From NCBI GenBank assembly GCA_031272025.1, contig JAISUP010000027.1:1-29169 (forward strand): a stretch of 29,169 nucleotides of DNA, written 5' to 3'. Positions 1 to 6,880 of the stretch are shown here, piece by piece. Origin of the DNA: Bacteroidales bacterium. GTDB lineage: Bacteria > Bacteroidota > Bacteroidia > Bacteroidales > WCHB1-69. Position numbers and translations under genes: made by a program. The notes beneath the pieces are model-generated. The model was not told where the DNA came from, did no database searches, and saw nothing but the letters and a program-made list of their open reading frames with translations. Position 1 is the first letter of the stretch. The number at the start of each line of letters is the position of its first letter.

Positions 1-22
1 AAACAGTTTCACGCTTTTTTAT

Positions 23-247
23 ATGAAAAAAACAGGAATTAACATCGGCGAAATAATTCATCAGGAACTCGACAAACGGGAACGGTCAGTTGCTTGGTTG
101 GCAGACAAAATCGGTTGCCATCGCACAACCATGTCGCGAATGCTCGAAAAATACAGCATCGACAGCGAAGTGCTGTTCCAAATTTCTTACGTTCTGGACG
201 TCGATTATCACGCGCTCTACTGCCAAAAATTAAAAGACAGGGCTTGA
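23..247 (+). CDS. Small XRE-like helix-turn-helix DNA-binding protein (74 aa)
   Basis: Segment SVAWLADKIGCHRTTMSRMLE has the helix-turn-helix pattern of HTH_3/XRE regulators. It stands alone directly upstream of the SPFH cluster, with a direct-repeat pair in the intervening spacer. Confidence 0.55.
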   Translation: MKKTGINIGEIIHQELDKRERSVAWLADKIGCHRTTMSRMLEKYSIDSEVLFQISYVLDVDYHALYCQKLKDRA

Positions 248-309
248 TTGTGCAAAAACGCAGCAAGTTGATACAATTTCGCATCGCTTTGCTGCAAAAA
301 ACGCAGCAA
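246..309. repeat. Direct repeat pair TGCAAAAA(A)CGCAGCAA (about 249-267 and 289-307) between the HTH gene and the SPFH gene
   Basis: Read directly: ttgtgcaaaaacgcagcaag ... gctgcaaaaaacgcagcaat, spaced about 40 bp, immediately upstream of the TAnnTTTG promoter motif at 340-347. Confidence 0.5.
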
Positions 310-339
310 TACAGCCCTTGCTAATCAATATATTAGAAG

Positions 340-347
340 TACCTTTG
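340..347 (+). promoter_or_regulatory. Bacteroidetes sigma-A -7 element TACCTTTG (TAnnTTTG), 24 bp upstream of ATG 371
   Basis: Exact match to the TAnnTTTG consensus in the AT-rich leader, at the expected distance from the start codon. Confidence 0.45.
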
Positions 348-370
348 CAGTTAGTTTTTAAAAAAATTTT

Positions 371-1480
371 ATGGCATTAATAGACGTAGTAAAATGTGAG
401 GTCAACGATAAAGAGTTTGTCTATAAATTTCCGTCAGACGATTTGCGGCTTGGAACGCAACTCGTTGTTTATCATGCGCAAACGGCTTTCTTCGTGAAAG
501 GCGGCGCGATTTATGACGGATTTACAGCAGGCACGCACACGCTGAAATCGACAAATATCCCACTGCTGAACAAATTGATTAACTTGCCCTTCGGCTCTCA
601 ATCGCCGTTCAAGGCAGAAGTTTGGTTTATCAACCAGATTTCAAAATTGGATATAAAATGGGGAACGCCGACGCCCATTCAACTTGAAGACCCGCGATAT
701 GGCGTGATTGTGCCGGTGAGGGCTTTCGGGCAGTACGGAATTCGTGTCAAAGAACCTCGCGTTTTTCTCGAAACGCTTATCAGCAATATGACCTCTTTTA
801 CTGCCGAAAAAATTGAACAGTATTTTAAAGGTAAGGTTTTGGCGCAGTTGAGCGCGTTGATTTCGCAGAAAATAGCAAAGGAAAATATTTCTATCCTTGA
901 TATTAACGTGCATTTGGTTGAGATGTCGGAATTTACGAACGAAAAACTCAACGAAACTTTCAATAAGTACGGCATTGAACTGATAGAATTTGCTTATGCC
1001 TCTATCAACGCTCCGCAGGACGACCCCAGCATAATTCGGCTGAAAGAGGCAAAAGACATTGCTGCACGGATGAAAATAACGGGAAAAGACGTCTATCAAA
1101 TGGAACGCAGTTTCGATGTGATGCAAGCCGCAGCCCAAAACGAGGGTAGCGGAATGGTCAATCTTGGCGCGGGACTTGGTGCAGGCGTAGGACTTGGCGC
1201 ACAAATGGGCGGGATGTTTGCCAACACGCTAAACACTAATCCGGTAACGCCGCCGCCAGTGCCGCAAGTTACTTATTTTCTGTATATTAACAACGCTCAG
1301 CAAGGCGGTTTCGATTTTCAGACGGTTGCAAATTATATCGCGCAACGGCAAATCACTCCCGACACTTTGGCTTGGAAACAGGGCTTGCCTTCGTGGGTAA
1401 AAATATCTGAATTACAGGAATTTACAAATTTATTCGGCGCGGTGCCACCGCCTCTGCCGCCAATGCCTAATAATTTATAG
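371..1480 (+). CDS. SPFH (band-7, COG4260-like virion-core-protein family) domain protein with a C-terminal GYF-like DUF4339 domain and a Pro-rich tail
   Basis: N-terminus MALIDVVKCE...FVYKFPSDDL...QLVVYHAQTAFFVKGG...NIPLLNKLINLPFGSQSPFKAEVWFIN is typical of COG4260 SPFH proteins. C-terminus YFLYINNAQQGGFDFQTVANYIAQRQITPDTLAWKQGLPSWVKISEL matches the DUF4339 pattern. Gly-rich linker GAGLGAGVGLGAQMGG. Confidence 0.7.
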   Translation: MALIDVVKCEVNDKEFVYKFPSDDLRLGTQLVVYHAQTAFFVKGGAIYDGFTAGTHTLKSTNIPLLNKLINLPFGSQSPFKAEVWFINQISKLDIKWGTPTPIQLEDPRYGVIVPVRAFGQYGIRVKEPRVFLETLISNMTSFTAEKIEQYFKGKVLAQLSALISQKIAKENISILDINVHLVEMSEFTNEKLNETFNKYGIELIEFAYASINAPQDDPSIIRLKEAKDIAARMKITGKDVYQMERSFDVMQAAAQNEGSGMVNLGAGLGAGVGLGAQMGGMFANTLNTNPVTPPPVPQVTYFLYINNAQQGGFDFQTVANYIAQRQITPDTLAWKQGLPSWVKISELQEFTNLFGAVPPPLPPMPNNL

Positions 1481-1482
1481 CG

Positions 1483-1827
1483 ATGACAAAGAACATTGTT
1501 TTGATTACAGGAATTATCCTGCTTGTTGCCAACTTGCTGTTTGGCAGTGTTTTATCGGCATATTCGACGTTCAATATGCTGCTCAACTGCGGAGTTATCA
1601 TTGCTAACTCCCTTTTGCTCTATCTTTTGACCTGCATCACACTAAAAGACGGGTTCCGAATTTCGCTTTCGTCTCTCTTTTCGTTTTTGGGTTTTGTCGA
1701 GTTCATTCTCGGATTAGTAGCCCCGCAACGCTACGAGGACAATGGCTGCCTGCTTGCCGTTATTCTTATTGTCGCTTTCGAGGCTATAGTGCTGGTGATT
1801 ACTAATATGGTTTCAAAAAATACGTAA
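1483..1827 (+). CDS. Small integral membrane protein (114 aa, about 4 predicted TM helices)
   Basis: ATG sits 2 nt after the SPFH stop. The sequence is hydrophobic throughout (IVLITGIILLVANLLFGSVL..., LLAVILIVAFEAIVLVITNM). Confidence 0.5.
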   Translation: MTKNIVLITGIILLVANLLFGSVLSAYSTFNMLLNCGVIIANSLLLYLLTCITLKDGFRISLSSLFSFLGFVEFILGLVAPQRYEDNGCLLAVILIVAFEAIVLVITNMVSKNT

Positions 1828-1860
1828 ATAACTTATTTATAAATATTTAAAATTAAGAAT

Positions 1861-2088
1861 ATGGGAAGAAAAGAAAAATTATTGCAAGAATATAAAGAAC
1901 GGCTTGCTTTTTTACAATCAAAGGGCGAAACCCTCTCTTCTGAAGAAAGAGCAGAAACTGAATCGTTGCAACAACGATTAAAAGAGTTGAATATAGAACA
2001 AGAAGTTGAGAGGATGAAAGATATTATCGGGAAAACTGTCATCGGAGTTGACCCAGAAAAATATGATGAATATAATAAAAACAGATAA
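1861..2088 (+). CDS. Small charged coiled-coil-like hypothetical protein (75 aa)
   Basis: ATG start; Lys/Glu-rich sequence (KEKLLQEYKERLAFLQSKGETLSSEERAETESLQQRLKEL). Tightly packed in the operon, 33 bp after the previous stop. Confidence 0.4.
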   Translation: MGRKEKLLQEYKERLAFLQSKGETLSSEERAETESLQQRLKELNIEQEVERMKDIIGKTVIGVDPEKYDEYNKNR

Positions 2089-2093
2089 AAGAT

Positions 2094-2423
2094 ATGAAAA
2101 ATCTCTACAGTGCAGTCATTCCATTCGACAATGGAAAAATGGGCATCAAGTATGCCATAGAAAATTTTGTTGGTTTTGACAAAATTTCAAAAATCATTTT
2201 GTGTTCCCAAAATGATACTGCCGTAAATAATTCCGAAAATCCAATTATTGTTATCGAAAGAAACAATAAAGACGAAATAATGGAATTGTTAGGCAAAATC
2301 AAAAACGAGACTGGTAATATTCCGGTTGAAGAACTAACACAAGAGCCAACCGTAATAGTTTTGGAACGACAAACAGGTTCCTTTATTACAGTTGAAGATG
2401 ACGGTAAATTTATTAACTATTAA
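2094..2423 (+). CDS. Hypothetical cytoplasmic protein (109 aa)
   Basis: ATG start 5 nt after the previous stop; no recognisable motif. The next gene starts 13 nt downstream. Confidence 0.4.
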   Translation: MKNLYSAVIPFDNGKMGIKYAIENFVGFDKISKIILCSQNDTAVNNSENPIIVIERNNKDEIMELLGKIKNETGNIPVEELTQEPTVIVLERQTGSFITVEDDGKFINY

Positions 2424-2436
2424 GAAAGGAATAATT

Positions 2437-3804
2437 ATGGGCTTTTTAGACGAATTAGAAAGAGGCTTTAAAAAAGGAATTAGAGAAGCAGAGCAAGACG
2501 CGAAACGCTCACGAGAAGCAGAAAGAAAACAGGAACTTTCTCGTGCTCATACAGTTTTGCATCAAATCATTCACAAATACACGGGTGTATTTGCTGTATC
2601 AAGTTATTCTGACTATCTTTATGTTGAAAAAGAGCCGTTAGAAAAAACTATTGAGGCTTTACACAACGACAATCAGCACAATCTTGCAAAAAAGTTAGAA
2701 TTGATGTATGATGATAGTAAAAATGTAGAGTATGACAAGGCTTTTGACATTTACAACATTTCGTATTTAAAAGATGTTGCGCCCTTATATGAAGGTAGAG
2801 CAAAAAAATATGATGGTAATAATGTTGCTGCTGCAACTGTTGCTAACAGCACAAAGAACGCATCGGAAAATGCCTTACATACAGGAAATGAACCAAAAGA
2901 AAAAGATACTCAATCTGCAAGGGCGCAGAACGGTTCTGTAGAAAAAAACATCCCGCCCAAAGTTCCTGAATTTTGCCCCAGTTGCGGCGCGAAAATTGAA
3001 AATTCACGAAGTTGTGAGTATTGCGGATGGTCTATGGATGGCGAGAGTAATGAAAACAAGCCCCCATTGAGCGATGATTCTTTTGTTTATCCCGGACTTG
3101 TCGATGCTCTGAATGAAAATATTCGGTTGCAAATAAAGCACAATGGAGGCAAATTTGTTGCTACGAATGTGGACTGTGATGGTTATATAGCACAATTTGT
3201 TGCTTCAAATCAGTTTACTAATCCGGATACTGGCAGTATAGTATTTCCTTCTGCCAAAAGTCCTTCCATTTCTGTTCGGTTTGATTTAGATAAAGAATCG
3301 CAAGAATTGTCGAAGTTTCAGCAGATGGATACTTTCTCTCTTTTTACACCAGCCGGTAATTGGGATAATGGTCCAGTGTATGCTGTTGATATTGGCGAAG
3401 ATGTTGTTGCAGCCGCGCAACTATATTCAAAAATTATGAAATATGCCTTTGGCTGTACAGGAGAAGAAACGTGCGAGTTCGATACTTGGTCAAATAAAGG
3501 AATTAAAGGCAGCAATAATGTCCCCGCTCATACCACTCAAAATACAGAAGGAATTAAAGGCAGCAATAATGCCCCCATTCATATCGCTCAAAATACAGGA
3601 GGTAAAAATTGGCTGACAACATTATTGTTGTGCCTTTTTCTTGGCTGGTTAGGCGTTCACAGGTTTTATACGAAGAACTACTTGGTTGGCGTGCTCCAAT
3701 TTTTTACATTTGGTTGCATCGGCTTATGGACACTGATTGATTTTATTTTGATTCTTGTTGGAAGTTACAAAGATGGCGACGGTCAATTTTTAGTTAAAAA
3801 TTAA
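2437..3804 (+). CDS. Membrane protein with three parts: a zinc-ribbon (CPSCG...CEYCGW), an uncharacterised ~150-aa domain shared with the downstream paralog, and a C-terminal TM2 domain. A 17-aa tandem repeat lies before the anchor.
   Basis: Trimmed to ATG 2437 (MGFLDELERG), which is preceded by aggaataatt. Zinc ribbon: CPSCGAKIENSRSCEYCG. The C-terminus NWLTTLLLCLFLGWLGVHRFYTKNYLVGVLQFFTFGCIGLWTLIDFILILVG matches the TM2 family signature. The shared domain YPGLVDALNENIRLQ...FGCTGEETCEFDTW aligns with the product of 3823-4575. Confidence 0.7.
   Translation: MGFLDELERGFKKGIREAEQDAKRSREAERKQELSRAHTVLHQIIHKYTGVFAVSSYSDYLYVEKEPLEKTIEALHNDNQHNLAKKLELMYDDSKNVEYDKAFDIYNISYLKDVAPLYEGRAKKYDGNNVAAATVANSTKNASENALHTGNEPKEKDTQSARAQNGSVEKNIPPKVPEFCPSCGAKIENSRSCEYCGWSMDGESNENKPPLSDDSFVYPGLVDALNENIRLQIKHNGGKFVATNVDCDGYIAQFVASNQFTNPDTGSIVFPSAKSPSISVRFDLDKESQELSKFQQMDTFSLFTPAGNWDNGPVYAVDIGEDVVAAAQLYSKIMKYAFGCTGEETCEFDTWSNKGIKGSNNVPAHTTQNTEGIKGSNNAPIHIAQNTGGKNWLTTLLLCLFLGWLGVHRFYTKNYLVGVLQFFTFGCIGLWTLIDFILILVGSYKDGDGQFLVKN
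3499..3600 (+). repeat. Intragenic 51-bp (17-aa) tandem duplication: GIKGSNNVPAHTTQNTE / GIKGSNNAPIHIAQNTG
   Basis: Unit ggaattaaaggcagcaataatg... starts at 3499 and again at 3550; about 44 of 51 nt are identical. It lies between the shared domain and the TM2 anchor. Confidence 0.8.
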
Positions 3805-3822
3805 AAATAACAATTTAGATGT

Positions 3823-4575
3823 ATGGAAAATCCGGATTATAACAGCGACGCTCCCGTTTATGCAGGATTAGCAAACGCTCTGCAAGAAAATATCAGGTTG
3901 CAAGCCGAATATGATTTTGTGGCAACGGATGTCAAAGTGTATAACAAAAACAACTTTGCTATTCAATTTTTGCCGTCTTACAGCAATTTTGTGGAAGACG
4001 GCAACAAACTGTTTCCGTTGGCTCAAAGTCCCTCTATTGCTGCCTTCTTTTGTTTTGAAAAAACTTCGCGGGAACTTGAAATCTTTAAGCAAACGGAAAT
4101 ATTCCGGCAGTTTACGGATATTAGTCGCCGCTGTTCGTCAGATGAATTAGCCATATTTGCCATTGATTTTGGGCAGGATGCCTTGGGCGCCGCGCAGATT
4201 TTCACAGATATTATGATTTCCGTTTACGGATGCACGGGACACGAAACCTGCGAATGTAAAACTTGGAAAGAAGGTGAACGCCGCCAAACAGCAGCGGTAA
4301 CCACCCAACCGGCAAATTTTGCACAGCCGGTAGTACCGACAGTAACGCCGGCGAAGACAGGTTTTATTCTGGGTTTGCTTTCGGTATTATTTGTCGCGTG
4401 GATTCCATTTATTGGACTTCCATTGCCAATCTGCGGGCTCGTTTTTTCCAACAAAGAACTCAAAAAAACACCCAACAATCTGTCGCGGGCAGGAAAAATA
4501 ATGTCGATTATCGGCATTGCCATCGGCGCTCTTATGTTTTTGCTTACGATTATCGGCATCGCGGCAGAAGAATAA
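3823..4575 (+). CDS. Paralog of the 2437-3804 product: the same uncharacterised domain, then a Thr/Pro-rich linker and a 2-TM DUF4190-like C-terminal anchor
   Basis: YAGLANALQENIRLQAEYDF...YGCTGHETCECKTW is co-linear with the upstream protein's domain. The C-terminus GFILGLLSVLFVAWIPFIGLPLPICGLVFSNKELKKTPNNLSRAGKIMSIIGIAIGALMFLLTIIGI resembles the DUF4190 two-helix motif. Confidence 0.7.
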   Translation: MENPDYNSDAPVYAGLANALQENIRLQAEYDFVATDVKVYNKNNFAIQFLPSYSNFVEDGNKLFPLAQSPSIAAFFCFEKTSRELEIFKQTEIFRQFTDISRRCSSDELAIFAIDFGQDALGAAQIFTDIMISVYGCTGHETCECKTWKEGERRQTAAVTTQPANFAQPVVPTVTPAKTGFILGLLSVLFVAWIPFIGLPLPICGLVFSNKELKKTPNNLSRAGKIMSIIGIAIGALMFLLTIIGIAAEE

Positions 4576-4603
4576 ACGACGGCTGTTCTTCCACCGATTT
4601 TCA

Positions 4604-4643
4604 AAGCCCCCGAATATCAGTATTTTATTGATTTCGGGGGCTT
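4604..4643 (+). terminator. Rho-independent terminator hairpin (aagcccccgaa ... ttcgggggctt) ending the 371-4575 cluster
   Basis: Perfect 11-bp GC-rich inverted repeat with an 18-nt loop, 28 nt after the stop codon, followed by T-containing sequence. Confidence 0.6.
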
Positions 4644-4647
4644 GTTA

Positions 4648-4690
4648 ATCGTGATAATCAAATAAATCATCCAAAAATCACAGTTCAAAG
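4648..4690. repeat. Half copy (right arm, AATCA-repeat half ending AAAATCACAGTTCA) of the GTCTGAAC...GTTCAGAC palindromic element family
   Basis: gtgataatcaaataaatcatccaaaaatcacagttcaaagg matches the right half of the full copy at 27340-27432. Confidence 0.5.
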
Positions 4691-4718
4691 GTTAATACGT
4701 TATTCCGAAAATTTTATG

Positions 4719-4726
4719 TATCTTTG
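4719..4726 (+). promoter_or_regulatory. TATCTTTG -7 promoter-like motif about 127 bp upstream of the glgB start
   Basis: Exact TAnnTTTG match. The distance to ATG 4853 is long, so this is either a long leader or not the glgB promoter. Confidence 0.3.
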
Positions 4727-4852
4727 CGTTGCATATATCACTGATTAAGTGTTATTGATTTTTTAATTTAATACTTTAAAATTAAGCATTTTATATGAGA
4801 TATGCAATATTTTTTTAGAAATTTAAGTAAACGATATTGTTAAGGTTATAAT

Positions 4853-6841
4853 ATGCGTTCACATTGTGCTCTTGTTGATATAGATCCTTGGCTTAAGCCT
4901 TATGCCGCGAATTTGGAACGGCGGTATAGGCATGCTGTGCTCACCGGGTTGTTGCTAACCAATGGCGAGCAAACCTTGGGGGAATGGGCTAACTATCATT
5001 TATATTATGGGTTACATCATGATGCTAACGGGTGGGTTTTTCGCGAGAAAGCCCCGCATGCTCGTCGTGTTTTTTTATATGGCGATTTTTCGTCGTGGCA
5101 AATCGAAGATTGCTACGCACTTACCCCGTTGGGCAATGGCGATTGGGAATTACATTTGCCGTTCCATGCTTTAAAGCATGGCATGTTGTATAAAATGTGG
5201 ATAATCTGGGACGGGGGTAGCGATGAGCGATTGCCATCGTGTTGTACGCGGGTAGTACAAGACCCCGATACGCGTATTTTCTCGGCACAAGTATGGTTTC
5301 CCGAACAGCCCTACGCGTGGAAACATCCAAATCCACCTCGCCCGGCATTCCATTACATTTATGAGGCTCACCCCGGCATCGCCTCCGACCAACCTCTTGT
5401 GGCTACCTATCAATATTTTCGAAAAATGATATTGCCGCGTATTCATCAATTGGGTTACAATACTTTGCAACTCATGGCGGTGCAGGAACATCCATATTAT
5501 GGTTCTTTTGGCTATCAGGTATCCAATTTCTTTGCTCCCAGTTCGCGGTTTGGAACTCCTGAGGACCTGAAATGTCTGATTGATGAGGCTCATGGTTTGG
5601 GAATTGCCGTTTGGCTCGACCTTGTTCATTCTCATGCCGTGAGCAATGCCCGCGAAGGAATTGCCTACCTTGACGGTAGCGACAGTCTCTATTGTTACGC
5701 GGGAAAACAAGGACAGCACCCCGTGTGGAACTCCCGCTGCTTTAACTATGGAAAACCCGAAACCCTCGCCTTCCTGCTCTCTAATATCAAATATTGGCTA
5801 CACGAGTTTCGATTCGACGGGTTTCGTTTTGATGGTGTAACCAGTATGTGTTACCGTGACCACGGGATTGGGGTAAATTTTACGGATTACAAACAATATT
5901 TTGATGCACGAAACGTGGATAATGATGCCATTGCTTACCTAACCCTTGCCAATCAACTCGTGAAAGAACTCAATCCAACCGCGGTGAGTGTTGCCGAAGA
6001 CATGAGTGGTTTACCCGGTCTCGCGTTTCCGGTATCTTTGGGGGGAATAGGGTTTGATTACCGTATGGCAATGGGTATTCCTGACTATTGGGGAAAATTG
6101 ATTAAAGAATATCCTGACGAAACATGGTCTCCGGGGGACATTTATTTTCATCTCACCGACACGCGTCCCGAAGAACAAACCATCAGTTACGCGGAGAGCC
6201 ACGACCAAGCATTAGTAGGAGACAAGACTTTTATTTTTAGGATGATTGATAAAGAAATGTACGACAAAATGTCCATAGATATTCCTTCTTTACCCGTGGA
6301 TAGAGGTATGTCGTTACATAAGATTATACGGTTTCTCACACTAACCTTGGCACGAGGCGGCTACCTTAATTTCATGGGCAACGAGTTTGGACACCCCGAA
6401 TGGATTGATTTTCCTCGAGAAGGAAATCAATGGTCGTATAGTCATGCCCTAAGACGTTGGGACTTGGCAGATAACCCGCATCTTAAATATCGCTATCTGA
6501 AAAACTTTGACCAAGCCTTGTTACAAGCAACACAGCAGGTGTGTTTGTCGCGTACGTTGCCAAAACTATTGTGCGCGCACGAGCACGACAAAGTGTTGGC
6601 TTTCGAGCGAGCGGGGGGTGTTTTCGTGGTTAACCTAAATCCAACCTATTCATTTACAGACTATGAAATTCCTGCATCACAAGGCATATATGATCTTTTA
6701 TTGAATAGTGATGCTCCCGAATTTGGGGGTTTTTCCCGCCTCGCTACCGGACAAGAATTTCATTCATACAAACGACAGGACAATGATTATCTTAAATTGT
6801 ACTTACCTACGCGAACAGCCTTGTTGCTTTTCTCAAAATAA
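4853..6841 (+). CDS. glgB: 1,4-alpha-glucan branching enzyme (GH13, eukaryote-like GH13_8 type common in Bacteroidetes)
   Basis: Conserved GH13 branching-enzyme blocks: GWVFREKAPHA, FRFDGVTSMCY, GFDYRMAMGIPDYW, NEFGHPEWIDFP, AESHDQALVGDKT. Length 662 aa. Confidence 0.85.
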   Translation: MRSHCALVDIDPWLKPYAANLERRYRHAVLTGLLLTNGEQTLGEWANYHLYYGLHHDANGWVFREKAPHARRVFLYGDFSSWQIEDCYALTPLGNGDWELHLPFHALKHGMLYKMWIIWDGGSDERLPSCCTRVVQDPDTRIFSAQVWFPEQPYAWKHPNPPRPAFHYIYEAHPGIASDQPLVATYQYFRKMILPRIHQLGYNTLQLMAVQEHPYYGSFGYQVSNFFAPSSRFGTPEDLKCLIDEAHGLGIAVWLDLVHSHAVSNAREGIAYLDGSDSLYCYAGKQGQHPVWNSRCFNYGKPETLAFLLSNIKYWLHEFRFDGFRFDGVTSMCYRDHGIGVNFTDYKQYFDARNVDNDAIAYLTLANQLVKELNPTAVSVAEDMSGLPGLAFPVSLGGIGFDYRMAMGIPDYWGKLIKEYPDETWSPGDIYFHLTDTRPEEQTISYAESHDQALVGDKTFIFRMIDKEMYDKMSIDIPSLPVDRGMSLHKIIRFLTLTLARGGYLNFMGNEFGHPEWIDFPREGNQWSYSHALRRWDLADNPHLKYRYLKNFDQALLQATQQVCLSRTLPKLLCAHEHDKVLAFERAGGVFVVNLNPTYSFTDYEIPASQGIYDLLLNSDAPEFGGFSRLATGQEFHSYKRQDNDYLKLYLPTRTALLLFSK

Positions 6842-6846
6842 AGATG

Positions 6847-6854
6847 TAACTTTG
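6847..6854 (+). promoter_or_regulatory. TAACTTTG -7 promoter motif 26 bp upstream of the prfA ATG
   Basis: Exact TAnnTTTG match between the glgB stop and the prfA start. Confidence 0.45.
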
Positions 6855-6880
6855 CAGTCCGAAATTTTTAACAAAAATTC

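Noticed and set aside
641-1204. 187-aa and 98-aa antisense ORFs inside the SPFH gene. Similar antisense ORFs lie inside glgB (5171-5719), mutS2 (19748-20599, 20343-20954), the GH3 gene (24472-25147) and the T9SS genes (12971-13912).
   Set aside because: All lie opposite long ORFs with clear conserved-family signatures, and their translations are low-complexity or Cys/Arg-rich as expected for shadow frames.
2392-2436. N-terminal extensions on six-frame ORFs (2392, 14242, 17839, 17788, 19032, 28746)
   Set aside because: The track counts GTG/TTG as starts. In each case an internal ATG begins a signal peptide or the conserved family N-terminus ([41 protein letters not shown]), so the extension was trimmed.
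4224-4604. 126-aa minus-strand ORF antisense to the DUF4190 paralog
   Set aside because: It is a shadow ORF on the strand opposite a well-supported gene and runs into the terminator; no motif.
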